The position numbers and the translations under genes were made by a program. A DNA stretch of 64,000 bases from Candidatus Sumerlaeaceae bacterium (GTDB lineage Bacteria; Sumerlaeota; Sumerlaeia; Sumerlaeales; Sumerlaeaceae). Position 1 is the stretch's first letter. Each line of letters opens with the position of its first letter. The DNA is taken from assembly GCA_051003195.1 (NCBI GenBank), contig JBPCLP010000053.1, positions 1-64,000 of the forward strand, given 5' to 3'. Below the pieces are notes generated by a model. That model ran no database searches. It had not been told where the DNA came from and saw nothing but the letters and a program-made list of their open reading frames with translations. Below are positions 10,007 to 20,471 of this stretch, piece after piece.

Positions 10007-11827
10007 ATGAGCGCAATCCTCGAATTTGCCGATAAACTTCGCAGTCACGTCGACATTGTCGACGTGGTCGGCCGATATGTGGACCTCCGCCGGGGTGGCG
10101 TAAACCTCAAAGGGCTTTGCCCATTCCATCGTGAAAAAACACCCTCCTTTACCGTCAGTGCCGCGAAACAGATTTTCCACTGCTTCGGCTGCAACGAAGG
10201 CGGCGACGTAATCAAGTTCATGCAGAAGGTCGAGCGGCTCGAGTGGATTGAGTCGGTCAAGCTGCTCGCGCAACAATACAATCTGCCCATGCCGGAACTG
10301 CGCCGCGATGGCGCCTCTTCAGCAGCCCACCAGGACGAAAAAGAAAAGCTGCTCGCCGTGACGAAAATGGCAGCGGAATTCTTCGCTTCAATTCTTCAAA
10401 AGGAAGCTTCGTCTACAGGAACGGACGCTGCGAACTACCTCGAGCACCGCGCCCTCGATCCGACGCTGGTTAAGCGATTTCAGTTAGGTCTGGCTCCGGA
10501 CGCATGGAACGACCTGATGGATAATGCCCGCCGCACGGGATACGAACGCGACACACTGGTTTCTGCGGGGCTGGTCATCCATAACCAGACCAGCCAGCGT
10601 TTCTACGACCGCTTCCGCAAACGCCTGATCTTCCCCATTCATGATCCGCTGGGCCGGGCGATCGCCTTTGGTGGTCGTGTGTATGCCAGCGACGCCGCAC
10701 CGGACGAGCCCAAGTACGTCAACTCACCTGAGACGCCACTCTACCATAAGGGACAGGCGCTGTACGCACTGCACCTTGCAAAGGACGAGATCGCCCGTTC
10801 CGGCAAAGCGCTGCTGATGGAAGGGTACATGGACGTCATCCGGGCGCACCAGCACGGGTTCACCACTGCCGTCGCGACCTGCGGAACTGCGCTCACGGAC
10901 GAACAGGCACGGACCCTGAAGCGGTTTTGCAGCGAAGTGGTTTTCGTCTACGATGGCGACGAGGCTGGTCGCAAAGCGATGCTGCGAGGCTGCGAGATTC
11001 TGCTCGAGCAGGGATTCACTCTCTCCATCGTAGGTCTTCCAGGCGATCACGATCCTGATTCCTATCTTCAGAAGGAAGGCGCCGACGCTTTCCGAGCCCA
11101 GGTCGCAGCCGCACGTAATTTCGTCGACTTCTTTCTTGAGGATGCGACACTCCGGTTTGACCGCAAAAGCCCGGAGGGCAAAGTCCGTATAGTGGAAGCC
11201 CTACTTCCATTGTTGAAGCGCGTCGGTAAATCCATCGCGCAAAACGAGTATGTTCGGCGTGTCGCTGACTTTCTGGCCATCGATGACGCACTCATCATTC
11301 GCCAGCTCAGCGACGCAAATCCCCGCAATCTGGAAACCCTGCGAAAGGCCGTCGAAGAGCAATCCACGGACAGCCGCCTGGAACGCACGCTGCTGCGCCT
11401 GGCAGTCGAGTCCACGACCGCGCGCCAGAAAGTGCTCGAACGCATCCAGCCCGACTGGTTGCGTCACCACAACATCCGCAAATGGCTGGAGCGCCTGCGC
11501 GACACCACCGCCGAAGAAGTAACATGGGATTACCTCTTTGAACACGCAGATGACGACGTCGAAGCTGCGTTCCTTCGCGCTCTTGCATTGGCCGAAGAAC
11601 CCTTCGACGCGAGTGATCGAACTCTGGACAACGTCGCTGCCCGCTTGCGCATCAACTACGTGCACCAGCACAATCGTTTAATGGCGCAACAGATGCAGGA
11701 ATTCTTTTCCGGTGCGACCCCCCACGAAGCCTCAGTGGATGACCTGGTTCGAACAGTGGACAGTTCCGTTCACTCGATTAAGCAACATGGCCAGCAGTAT
11801 TTCATGCGACAACCGGGCAGAGAATGA
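10007..11827 (+). CDS. dnaG: DNA primase
   Basis: Zinc finger CPFHREKTPSF...CFGC, KYVNSPET, TOPRIM EGYMD and YDGDEAG, DPD. Confidence 0.97.
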   Translation: MSAILEFADKLRSHVDIVDVVGRYVDLRRGGVNLKGLCPFHREKTPSFTVSAAKQIFHCFGCNEGGDVIKFMQKVERLEWIESVKLLAQQYNLPMPELRRDGASSAAHQDEKEKLLAVTKMAAEFFASILQKEASSTGTDAANYLEHRALDPTLVKRFQLGLAPDAWNDLMDNARRTGYERDTLVSAGLVIHNQTSQRFYDRFRKRLIFPIHDPLGRAIAFGGRVYASDAAPDEPKYVNSPETPLYHKGQALYALHLAKDEIARSGKALLMEGYMDVIRAHQHGFTTAVATCGTALTDEQARTLKRFCSEVVFVYDGDEAGRKAMLRGCEILLEQGFTLSIVGLPGDHDPDSYLQKEGADAFRAQVAAARNFVDFFLEDATLRFDRKSPEGKVRIVEALLPLLKRVGKSIAQNEYVRRVADFLAIDDALIIRQLSDANPRNLETLRKAVEEQSTDSRLERTLLRLAVESTTARQKVLERIQPDWLRHHNIRKWLERLRDTTAEEVTWDYLFEHADDDVEAAFLRALALAEEPFDASDRTLDNVAARLRINYVHQHNRLMAQQMQEFFSGATPHEASVDDLVRTVDSSVHSIKQHGQQYFMRQPGRE

Positions 11828-11828
11828 A

Positions 11829-12135
11829 CCAGTGTGCCTAACGGTAAAGATTCCCGCTGTTTGGAATCCGCAGCACTCAGGTTTTTTGCACCGAAGGTGC
11901 AGCGGATCAAAGCCCAGGGTAAGGAGGCCACGGCTTTTTGTGGCCGACGCAGCCTTGGGTTAGTGCACCGCATTTTTCGCGCTCTGAAGGGGCGCCGGAA
12001 ACCGAAAACATGGTACGAATCTCTGGGACACCACACCAGTTGCCGTCCCAGAAGTTCATCCCTATACTGCAGGAATCTTTCTAGCTCGTTCGGCACACAG
12101 AACCGAATACGAATTAATAGGACACCACACACTAG
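11829..12135 (+). repeat. Two tandem copies of the CTAG-bounded repeat: a 207-bp expanded unit (11829-12035) and a 96-bp unit (12036-12135)
   Basis: CCAGTGTGCC...GGGACACCACA|CCAGTTGCCGTCCCAGAAGTTC...TTCGGCACACAGAACCGAATACGAATTAAT...CACA|CTAG; matches the copies at 22693 and 23978. Confidence 0.8.
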
Positions 12136-12334
12136 GAGCTTGTAATCTGCCTCACCAGCCGCTTAAACGATCAGTTTTTGCAGCACATGGATTGCTAAGC
12201 GATCGAAAGAGAAAATGATTGCACGGTGTAAGTGCCACTTTAAGGCTGCTTGCGTGTAACCCCAATATTATGACAGCTTCCGATAAGAACTTCAGCCATT
12301 TGATTGGGCCGCCGGCCCGGACTTACGGCCGCGC

Positions 12335-13099
12335 ATGAAGCTGCATTCCTTTGGGATAACCGACGTTGGACTCAAGCGTACGCACAACGAAGACAATTTT
12401 TTCCGTTCCGACGAATTGGGCCTCTATCTCGTCGCAGATGGAATGGGCGGTCACGCAGCCGGCGAAGTTGCAAGCAGCGCCGCCATCGAAGCGATTGTCG
12501 GGTTCGCGGAACGACATTCCAGGGATGATGCACTAACCTGGCCATTCGGATTCGATCAGCGACTCAGTGCGCCCGCCAACGCGCTTGTCAGTGGCATACG
12601 GCTCGCCAACCAGACACTTTTTTCCATGCAACAGGAGCGGCCTGAACTCAACGGCATGGGAACCACAATTGCCACGTTACGCATTGCGGAAGGCGAAGCA
12701 ACCCTGGCGCACGTGGGCGATTCGCGCGTCTATCGCATGCGCGGTGACGATCTCACCCAGCTTACGAGCGATCACTCCTGGGTGAATGAACAACTTCAGA
12801 AAAACATTATTACCGCCGAAGAGGCGCGAAACCATCGTTATAAAAACGTCATCACACGGGCGCTCGGAAATCGCACGGACCTGGAAATTGACGTACGGAA
12901 CGAACCGGTTGAGGCAGGTGATAGATTCCTGGTCTGTTCAGACGGGCTTTCCGGTATGGTAGAGGACTGGGAGATGCGCGAAGTCCTCACTGTCGCGGAA
13001 ACGGATCTGCGTGGTGCCGCCAACAAACTGGTCGCCCTGGCTAACGAAGCCGGCGGACACGACAATATCAGCGTCGTCCTCATTCGCTGCGAAGAGTAG
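12335..13099 (+). CDS. PP2C-family Ser/Thr protein phosphatase (Stp1/PrpC-like)
   Basis: RTHNED, VADGMGGHAAGEVAS, GMGTT, HVGDSRVY, CSDGL, GGHDN. Confidence 0.95.
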   Translation: MKLHSFGITDVGLKRTHNEDNFFRSDELGLYLVADGMGGHAAGEVASSAAIEAIVGFAERHSRDDALTWPFGFDQRLSAPANALVSGIRLANQTLFSMQQERPELNGMGTTIATLRIAEGEATLAHVGDSRVYRMRGDDLTQLTSDHSWVNEQLQKNIITAEEARNHRYKNVITRALGNRTDLEIDVRNEPVEAGDRFLVCSDGLSGMVEDWEMREVLTVAETDLRGAANKLVALANEAGGHDNISVVLIRCEE

Positions 13100-13332
13100 C
13101 AGTTTACAAAATGTGATCGTTGTAATGTGATGGATGAACATGTGCCACTCCCTGTGCAGCACGATGCCACCTCAAATATTTACAACCCCCTGGGGTAAGT
13201 CCCCCTCTGCGGTTTGTAGCCGAATCATCTACGATTAAACAGCCTTCTAAACTCTGCCACCTCAAGGTTGAGCAGCAATAGCTGGCCCCGTAGAGACTAC
13301 AGCCCTTTTTGAAAGGAACAGGCCACGGCCAG

Positions 13333-16300
13333 ATGCTGAACAAGTTCTTCACGAAGCTCTTCGGAAATAAACAGGTCCGCGATATGCGCCGTATTCGGCC
13401 AATCGTGGACGAGATCAACGCCTTTTATGAGGAATACCAGCAGCTTAGCGATGATGAGCTGAAGGCGAAGACCATAGAATTCCGTGAGCGCCTTGCGGAA
13501 GGCGAGACGCTCGACGACCTGCTCCCCGAGGCATTTGCAGTGGTGAAGGACGTGTGTCGCCGTCACGTCGGCCAGAAGTGGAACGCTGCAGGAATCGAAT
13601 TCACGTGGGATATGATTCCGTACGATGTCCAGATGGCAGGCGGTGTTTCGCTTCACGAAGGTAAGATCGCCGAGATGGCGACAGGTGAAGGTAAAACACT
13701 GGTCGCCGTTGCACCGCTTTATTTGAATGGACTGGCCGGCCAGGGCGCTCACCTCGTCACCGTAAACGATTACCTCGCCACGCGCGACAGCGAGTGGATG
13801 GGGCAGATTTTCACATTCCTTGGAATGACTATTGGCTGCCTGGACAAGACGGAACCGAATACTCCCGAGCGACGCGCGCAGTACGATTGCGATGTCACCT
13901 ACGGCACTAACCACGAGTTCGGCTTCGATTACCTGCGCGACAACATGGTGACGGAAGCAGAGCAGATGGTGCTGCAGCGGCCACATTTCTATGCCATCGT
14001 CGACGAAGTAGACAACATCCTCATCGACGAAGCACGCACGCCGCTGATTATCAGCGGTCCGGTCGATCGCTCCACGCATCGTTATGACGAAATTAAGCCG
14101 ATCGTTTTCGACCTCGTCCGTAAGCAGAACGAACTCGCAAGCCGCTACATCAGCGAAGTCGAAGAAATGGCCAAAGAGGGGCCGCTCACACGTGAAGCCG
14201 GCGTAAAACTTCTGCAGGTGCAGCGCGGACTTCCCAAGCAGAAGCGCCTCGTGAAGATGAAGTCGGAGCCCGGCGTGTCGACGCTGATCGAAAAGGTGGA
14301 GCTCGAATACCTCGCCGAAAAGAAGATGAACGAACTCGACGAGGGTCTCTACTATATGGTCGACGAAAAGGGCCACCAGATTGATCTCACCGAAAAGGGG
14401 CGGCAGGAGCTCTCGCCGGAAAATCCCAAGCTATGGGAGCTGCCCGACATCGTCGAAGAAGTTGCGGCGATTGAATCAGGCGACTTCGAAGTGCTCGAGC
14501 TCAGCGATGGAAATAAGGTGCTGCTCAGCGGGACCGTCAAGCAGCGCGGCGCCAAGAAGGACGAGGCCGGCAACTACGAGATTCAGCGGCACGATGGCAT
14601 GCTCCGCATCCCGGCGGACAAAGTCGTGCGCGTCATCCACGGAACTGACTTTGAGAAAGCGGACCGCGAGCTCTATAAGGAAGAAATCCGCCAGGAACAC
14701 GGCATCCAAACAGAAAAGCTGCACAACATCTCCCAGATTCTGCGTGCCTATACGCTCTACGAAAAAGACGTCGAGTACGTCGTGCAGGAGAACAAGGTAA
14801 TTATCGTAGACGAGTTCACTGGTCGACTGATGACTGGCCGCCGTTGGAGCGATGGACTCCACCAGGCCGTGGAAGCAAAAGAAGGCGTCGAGATTGAAGT
14901 CGAGACGCAGACACTCGCCACCGTCACCCTGCAAAATTTCTTCCGCCTTTATAAAAAGCTTTCCGGCATGACCGGCACAGCTGAAACCGAAGCCGGTGAA
15001 TTCGCCCATACGTACAAGATGGATGTCGTGGTGGTGCCTACAAATCGGCCATCACAGCGCGTCGACTATGATGACGTGATCTATAAGACTAAGCGTGAGA
15101 AGTACAACGCGGTGGTTGAGGAGATCGCGCGATGCAACGAGGAGAAGCTGCCGGTTCTCGTCGGTACGGTCAGCGTTGAAGTCAGCGAACTACTAAGCCG
15201 CTATCTGCGTGCACGCAAGATTCCACACAATGTGTTGAACGCCAAGCAGCACCAGCGTGAAGCGGAAGTCATCCGCTTTGCCGGTCAGCCCGGCGCTGTC
15301 ACGATTGCTACGAACATGGCTGGTCGCGGCACCGACATTAAGCTTCACCCCGACGTCGTTGTTAAAGACGAGAATGGTAAACTGCAGGGCGGTCTGCAGA
15401 TCATCGGAACCGAACGCCATGAGTCGCGCCGTATCGACCGGCAGCTTCGTGGCCGCTCAGGACGTCAGGGCGATCCAGGCGCATCGAAATTCTTCCTGTC
15501 CCTTGAAGACGACCTCATGCGTCTGTTCGGTGCCGAGCGTATCTCGCGTATCATGGACCGGCTTGGCCTCAAAGAAGGCGAGGAGATTACCCATCCGTGG
15601 GTCACGCGTGCTATTGAAAGCGCGCAGAAGAAAGTCGAGGCCCGCAACTTCGAGATTCGGAAACGTACGCTCGATTACGATAACGTCATGAACAAGCAGC
15701 GCGAAGCTATCTACGGCCTGCGCAAGGAAGTGCTGCTCGGCGTCGATCTCAAGGAGACCATTCTTCGCATGCACGAAGAAGCAATCCACAACGAGATCAA
15801 CGAATTCGGCGATCAGAACCGGCCCGCGGATGAGTGGGATATCGAAGGCATTCTTGATTATCTTCAGCGCCATATTCCGTACACGAACTTCAAAGAGCTC
15901 GCCACCCAGATCCATGGACTCGATGACGAACAGTTTATGGATATCGTGATGCCAAAGGTCGACGAAGCTTACGAAGCGAAGCAACAACAGCTCGCCCAGG
16001 TGGACGAGACGCTGATGAACCGCCTTGCAAAATTTGTCATTCTCCGGCGCATCGACGATATGTGGCGCGACCACCTGCTTGCGATCGACGACCTCCGCGA
16101 AAGCATCGGCTGGCGTGGTTACGCGCAGCTCGATCCGCTTGTTGAATATCAGAAGGAAGCATCACTGATGTTCGAGGAGTTGATGTTCAATGTGCACAAG
16201 GAAGTGCTCGAACACTTCTTTCTGACGCAGCCGCTGCTCCAGGCACCCGAGCCACAACAGCAGGTCCGGCAGATGGAGGCCCGCCACGCCACGCTCGAAG

Positions 16301-16521
16301 AAGTGCTTCCCGGTGGCGCTCCCCCACCGGACGAAGAAGAACTCGAAGAGGAACTGTCCGACGATGGCCAGCCACCGCGTCACGGCAGCCCCCGCAATCG
16401 GCAGCGCCAGCCCCCCATGCCTTTTCGGTCGGCGCCGAAGGTGGGCCGCAACGACCCATGCCCTTGTGGCAGCGGGAAGAAGTACAAAAAGTGCTGCGGC
16501 CAGCACAGCGCCGAAGACTGA
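13333..16521 (+). CDS. secA: Preprotein translocase ATPase SecA
   Basis: [47 protein letters not shown]-terminal [21 protein letters not shown] 13333 preferred over TTG 13309. Confidence 0.98.
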   Translation: MLNKFFTKLFGNKQVRDMRRIRPIVDEINAFYEEYQQLSDDELKAKTIEFRERLAEGETLDDLLPEAFAVVKDVCRRHVGQKWNAAGIEFTWDMIPYDVQMAGGVSLHEGKIAEMATGEGKTLVAVAPLYLNGLAGQGAHLVTVNDYLATRDSEWMGQIFTFLGMTIGCLDKTEPNTPERRAQYDCDVTYGTNHEFGFDYLRDNMVTEAEQMVLQRPHFYAIVDEVDNILIDEARTPLIISGPVDRSTHRYDEIKPIVFDLVRKQNELASRYISEVEEMAKEGPLTREAGVKLLQVQRGLPKQKRLVKMKSEPGVSTLIEKVELEYLAEKKMNELDEGLYYMVDEKGHQIDLTEKGRQELSPENPKLWELPDIVEEVAAIESGDFEVLELSDGNKVLLSGTVKQRGAKKDEAGNYEIQRHDGMLRIPADKVVRVIHGTDFEKADRELYKEEIRQEHGIQTEKLHNISQILRAYTLYEKDVEYVVQENKVIIVDEFTGRLMTGRRWSDGLHQAVEAKEGVEIEVETQTLATVTLQNFFRLYKKLSGMTGTAETEAGEFAHTYKMDVVVVPTNRPSQRVDYDDVIYKTKREKYNAVVEEIARCNEEKLPVLVGTVSVEVSELLSRYLRARKIPHNVLNAKQHQREAEVIRFAGQPGAVTIATNMAGRGTDIKLHPDVVVKDENGKLQGGLQIIGTERHESRRIDRQLRGRSGRQGDPGASKFFLSLEDDLMRLFGAERISRIMDRLGLKEGEEITHPWVTRAIESAQKKVEARNFEIRKRTLDYDNVMNKQREAIYGLRKEVLLGVDLKETILRMHEEAIHNEINEFGDQNRPADEWDIEGILDYLQRHIPYTNFKELATQIHGLDDEQFMDIVMPKVDEAYEAKQQQLAQVDETLMNRLAKFVILRRIDDMWRDHLLAIDDLRESIGWRGYAQLDPLVEYQKEASLMFEELMFNVHKEVLEHFFLTQPLLQAPEPQQQVRQMEARHATLEEVLPGGAPPPDEEELEEELSDDGQPPRHGSPRNRQRQPPMPFRSAPKVGRNDPCPCGSGKKYKKCCGQHSAED

Positions 16522-16654
16522 CGGACCGCGCGAGAAAGACTACTTGCCTCGCCTCGGATAGCGGTAATGCCGTGCACGCAGTTTCGTGAACACCGACAGC
16601 AGGGTCGGTGCCTTACGGCGGGGCTCTAAAAAATCTGAGCCTGACGCAATAAAT

Positions 16655-16673
16655 GTATATTAACTTAGTAGAC
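16655..16673. promoter_or_regulatory. Imperfect AT-rich palindrome upstream of the sulfonate-type ABC genes, candidate Rrf2-family operator
   Basis: GTATATTAA-C-TTAGTAGAC, about 28 nt before the GTG start. Confidence 0.4.
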
Positions 16674-16700
16674 GTCTACATAATTAGTAAATGGAGGCCC

Positions 16701-17774
16701 GTGCGCTTGTCTAAATTCAGCTTCACCGCTGCGTTCACTACACTTGTATGTGGACTATCATTTCTGATCTTCGCCGGACCTGCGGCCGCTGAAGAGGTCG
16801 TGAAGCTGGGCTACTTTCCGAATGTGACACACGCCCAGGCGGTTATCGGGGTCGCTCGAGGCGACTTTCAGAAGGCGCTTGGACCCGACGTAAAGCTCGA
16901 AACCAGCGTTTATAACGCAGGCCCAAGTGTGATCGAGGCGGTATATGCCGGCCATCTGGATATTGCGTATGTGGGCCCCTCCCCCATCATCAACGGCTTC
17001 ATTCAGAGTAAGGGAGAAGAGGTTCGCGTCATCGCCGGAGCGGCAATAAACGGCGTGCTGATTGTTGGAAACAAGCAACGCGGCATCACGAAACTGGATC
17101 AGTTAAAAGGTAAGACGATTGCGTCGCCCCAGCTTGGCAACACACAGGATATTTCCGCCAAGGATTTCGTGGTCAGTCACCTGAAAACGAATCTCAAAGA
17201 TCGCGGCGGCGACACCGAGGTGTTGCCGATTCCAAACCCGGACATTGAAAACCTCTTTGCCAAGAACCAGCTGGATGCAGCATGGGTACCCGAACCATGG
17301 GGCTCGCGTCTCATCAGCAAAGGTTTCGCGGTGCTGATATCTGAAGAGAAGGAGTTATGGCCAGGCAAGCGCTTCTCGCTGACCAACGTCATTGCGCGAC
17401 GCGAGTTTCTCGAGAAGCATCCCGAGCTCGTCAAGAACGTGCTGCAAGCCCACGTGAAACTGACGTATGAACTTCAGTCAAATCCCTCCAGCTTTGCAGA
17501 CGTGCTAAACGCGGAACTGAAGAAACTAACCAGCAAGGATCTGCCGGCTGACGTGATGCAGAGCGCTCTCAGGTATACGCAATTTACCAACGACCCAGGC
17601 CCGGAGTCTTTTGAAAAGTTCTACAAGATGGGTAAGGAACTGAAATTGGTGCGCGGCACCAGCCTTGACCTGGCCAGGCTGATTGATACCACGCTGCTTA
17701 AACAGATTGAAGCAGCGAACCCCGCTCCTGCACCAGCCTCTACGGGAACCAGCGCAACTGCTGCCGCAAAATAG
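16701..17774 (+). CDS. ABC transporter substrate-binding protein, SsuA/TauA (sulfonate/nitrate) family
   Basis: LGYFPNVTHAQA, NAGPSVIEA, AYVGPSP, PQLGNTQD, WVPEPW. GGAGG RBS precedes GTG 16701. Confidence 0.9.
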   Translation: MRLSKFSFTAAFTTLVCGLSFLIFAGPAAAEEVVKLGYFPNVTHAQAVIGVARGDFQKALGPDVKLETSVYNAGPSVIEAVYAGHLDIAYVGPSPIINGFIQSKGEEVRVIAGAAINGVLIVGNKQRGITKLDQLKGKTIASPQLGNTQDISAKDFVVSHLKTNLKDRGGDTEVLPIPNPDIENLFAKNQLDAAWVPEPWGSRLISKGFAVLISEEKELWPGKRFSLTNVIARREFLEKHPELVKNVLQAHVKLTYELQSNPSSFADVLNAELKKLTSKDLPADVMQSALRYTQFTNDPGPESFEKFYKMGKELKLVRGTSLDLARLIDTTLLKQIEAANPAPAPASTGTSATAAAK

Positions 17775-17779
17775 CCAAC

Positions 17780-18640
17780 ATGAGTCTTGCGCGGCCTCTT
17801 TCTTCCGGCTGGCGTGCGCCCATGAGTGAGGCAGGACCGCCAGCACCACCACCCCAGTCCTCCGCTTGGATGGACCGCGGAAAATCAATAGGCGTGAAGA
17901 TCGTTTTCTTCGCGCTCGTGATCGGCGTGTGGCAACTGGTAGTGATGATGAAATGGGTGCCGCGTTACATCTTCCCCGGTCCATGGGATATTGTGAAAAG
18001 CTATGCCGAGATGATAGAAACCGGCGAGCTTTGGAACAGCATCAAGGCCAGCATGTCTCGCATGCTGATCGGTTATAGCATCTCCGTCGTCGGCGGCATC
18101 ACTTTGGGTATTTTTGCGGCGCGCAGCTGGTTGTTCAAAGAAACAGTGGGGTCACTGATCATGTCGCTGCAATCCCTGCCAAGTGTTTGCTGGCTCCCGT
18201 TTGCGATGGTGTGGGTCGGCATTAATGAGAAGGCCATTCTTGCCGTGCTGATCCTGGGTGCGCTTTTTTCAATCGCCGTAGCTACCGAGGGAGCGATCCG
18301 CAACGTTCCGCCGATCTACCTGAAAGTGGGACAAGTTATGGGCGCGCGCGGATACACCTTTGCCAAGGACATCCTCTTTTTCGCCGCGCTGCCGGAACTG
18401 ATCGGCGGACTGAAGCTGGGCTGGACGTTTGCATGGCGCAGCCTCATGGCGGCCGAACTCATCCGGCAGAACTTCTTCGGGGTCGGGCGCCTGCTCGAGA
18501 CAGGCCGCAACTACAATGATGTAGCCTATATGATGGCCGCGATGATCACGATCCTGGCAATTGGACTCGCCGTCGACGGGCTTGTCTTCGGTACGATCGA
18601 ACGCAAGATCCGCCGCCGCTACGGGCTGGAAAAGCCTTAG
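17780..18640 (+). CDS. ABC transporter permease, SsuC/TauC family
   Basis: SMSRMLIGY, LQSLPSVCWLP, WTFAWRSLMAAEL; TM segments. Start may be 17822. Confidence 0.9.
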   Translation: MSLARPLSSGWRAPMSEAGPPAPPPQSSAWMDRGKSIGVKIVFFALVIGVWQLVVMMKWVPRYIFPGPWDIVKSYAEMIETGELWNSIKASMSRMLIGYSISVVGGITLGIFAARSWLFKETVGSLIMSLQSLPSVCWLPFAMVWVGINEKAILAVLILGALFSIAVATEGAIRNVPPIYLKVGQVMGARGYTFAKDILFFAALPELIGGLKLGWTFAWRSLMAAELIRQNFFGVGRLLETGRNYNDVAYMMAAMITILAIGLAVDGLVFGTIERKIRRRYGLEKP

Positions 18641-18732
18641 TGTAGAATAGTCTTACTTCGGTACCAGGTGCTGAGTGCCGAAGGAGCCCAGATTCAAACT
18701 GCGGCCTAAGAACTTCTGGTTCGGCACATTCG
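18637..18732 (-). repeat. Diverged copy of the ~96-bp repeat
   Basis: Reverse complement reads ATGTGCCGAACCAGAAGTTC...CTCCTTCGGCACTCAGCACC...CGAAGTAA...TACACTAA. Confidence 0.75.
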
Positions 18733-18733
18733 C

Positions 18734-19546
18734 CTACAGATTCAGGTCGCGCCGGGTAAAGTAAAGATAACTGATCGCAAGAAACGCTGCGATACTCAGC
18801 AGGCTGGTTCCGACAAGCGAGTGCACTTTCGCGGAATCCCAGGTAGCGCCCGACATGAGCTGTGCCCGCTCAGTGGCAATTCCAATAGCAGTATCGAAGT
18901 GCTCACTGAATAGCCAGTCCCGCAGGCGAAACTCGCCGAACTCGATGAACACCGACATGGGAAGAAGGCTCAACAGCATACCAACGGCGACGCCAATAGC
19001 TGTGCCGACATTCGTCGAGAGCACGGAAATCAGGAATCCAAAGCAGACTGTTGCGGTGTGTGTAAGCAGAGTCAGCAGGACCGCGATTATGTAGATCATC
19101 GCCTGCTCACTACCCGCCGGCACCGGTGCGTTTGCATCGGCAAGGGACCGCAGTGGGTATTGCATCGCGATCGGCACGGCGACGGCAAGATTCGCCGCGA
19201 ACAGCAACACCATGTACATCACCCCCGCGAGCAGCTTTGCAGTGAGGAACGCGCGCCGGGTGATCGGCCGGGGCAGGATCATGCGATAGGTGCCGCGCGA
19301 CGTCTCTGAGGCGACAAGCATCGCCGCGAAGATTACCACGAAAATTGGTGCAACAAGAGTCGAGCACAGGTTCAGCGCGACCGACAGGTAGCCGGACAGC
19401 GTGGCCTCATCAGCCAGCTCGTTTCGGTCGACGATCTGTTTTGCGATCACGGCAACCAACGCGCTCGCAAGGAGGCCGAAATACGGGAACTTGGTACCCC
19501 ATACCTTGGTCATCTCAGCGCGGAAGAGTCGGATAACTGCACGCAT
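18734..19546 (-). CDS. ABC-2 type exporter permease
   Basis: LFRAEMTK, ASETSRGTYRMIL, FLTAKLL, about 6 TM segments, FTRRDL C-terminus. Confidence 0.85.
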   Translation of the reverse strand: MRAVIRLFRAEMTKVWGTKFPYFGLLASALVAVIAKQIVDRNELADEATLSGYLSVALNLCSTLVAPIFVVIFAAMLVASETSRGTYRMILPRPITRRAFLTAKLLAGVMYMVLLFAANLAVAVPIAMQYPLRSLADANAPVPAGSEQAMIYIIAVLLTLLTHTATVCFGFLISVLSTNVGTAIGVAVGMLLSLLPMSVFIEFGEFRLRDWLFSEHFDTAIGIATERAQLMSGATWDSAKVHSLVGTSLLSIAAFLAISYLYFTRRDLNL

Positions 19547-19642
19547 CGCGCTTTAGAATTCGTGGTTCCGCGCGAACGATGTAAAGAGGAACCAGCGAAG
19601 GCTTTGAGAATACTGAGCGCCGCAGAGCCTAAGCTGTACACG

Positions 19643-20422
19643 ATGATCGACACGCACGCCCATATGCACGGCAAGGAGTTCACCGGGGATATAGACGACG
19701 TTCTTGCCCGCACTGCCTCGGCCGGAGTGGAGCGGGTGGTACTCATCGGTGTCGACGTCGAAGACGGGCGTCGCGCATTGGAGCTGGCCCGACGGTATCC
19801 AGGCCAGATTTCGGTCGTCTCGGGGGTCCATCCGCACGAAGCGAACCTCTGGTCGGCGGACACCCGTGCCGATCTGGCGCAACTACTGGCTGAGCCGGAA
19901 GTGGTCGGTTTGGGCGAGATCGGACTCGACTACCATTATGACTTCTCTCCGCGGGAACAGCAGCGCGACGCTTTCCTCGCCCAGCTGGAACTTTCGCGGG
20001 AATTGGATAAACCCGTCGTGATCCACTGCCGCGAGGCTTACGTAGAAGTTATGCAGCATCTGAAGGATTTCTACGAAACTCCAGGTACTTTGAGTAGTCC
20101 ACGCGGAGTCCTGCACTGCTACTTCGGGAACGCTGACCAGGCGCGCGAGGCCGCGGAGTTGGGTTACCTGCTCGGTATTGGTGGATCTTGCACCTTCAAG
20201 AAAGCGCAGGAATTGCACGACGTGGTCCGGCAGGTTCCGCTCGAGCAGCTCGTGCTGGAAACGGATGCACCTTACATGACCCCTGTACCGTTCCGCGGAA
20301 AGCGCAATGAATCGTCCTACATTCCGCTCATCGCGGCACGAATTGCCGAACTGAAGGGTGTGCCGGTCGAGGACGTGATTCACCAAACCACTGCAAACGC
20401 CAAACGGCTGTACCGGATTTGA
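19643..20422 (+). CDS. tatD: TatD family nuclease
   Basis: MIDTHAH, GVHPH, GEIGLDY, IHCR, LHCY, ETDAPY. Confidence 0.95.
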   Translation: MIDTHAHMHGKEFTGDIDDVLARTASAGVERVVLIGVDVEDGRRALELARRYPGQISVVSGVHPHEANLWSADTRADLAQLLAEPEVVGLGEIGLDYHYDFSPREQQRDAFLAQLELSRELDKPVVIHCREAYVEVMQHLKDFYETPGTLSSPRGVLHCYFGNADQAREAAELGYLLGIGGSCTFKKAQELHDVVRQVPLEQLVLETDAPYMTPVPFRGKRNESSYIPLIAARIAELKGVPVEDVIHQTTANAKRLYRI

Positions 20423-20471
20423 CGACCGCGTGCCTCGGAATCTTTTGCAGGAAACACGCTAGGTACTCTCC

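Noticed and set aside
13297..16074. Long minus-strand ORFs (359, 177 and 205 aa)
   Set aside because: Antisense shadows of secA.
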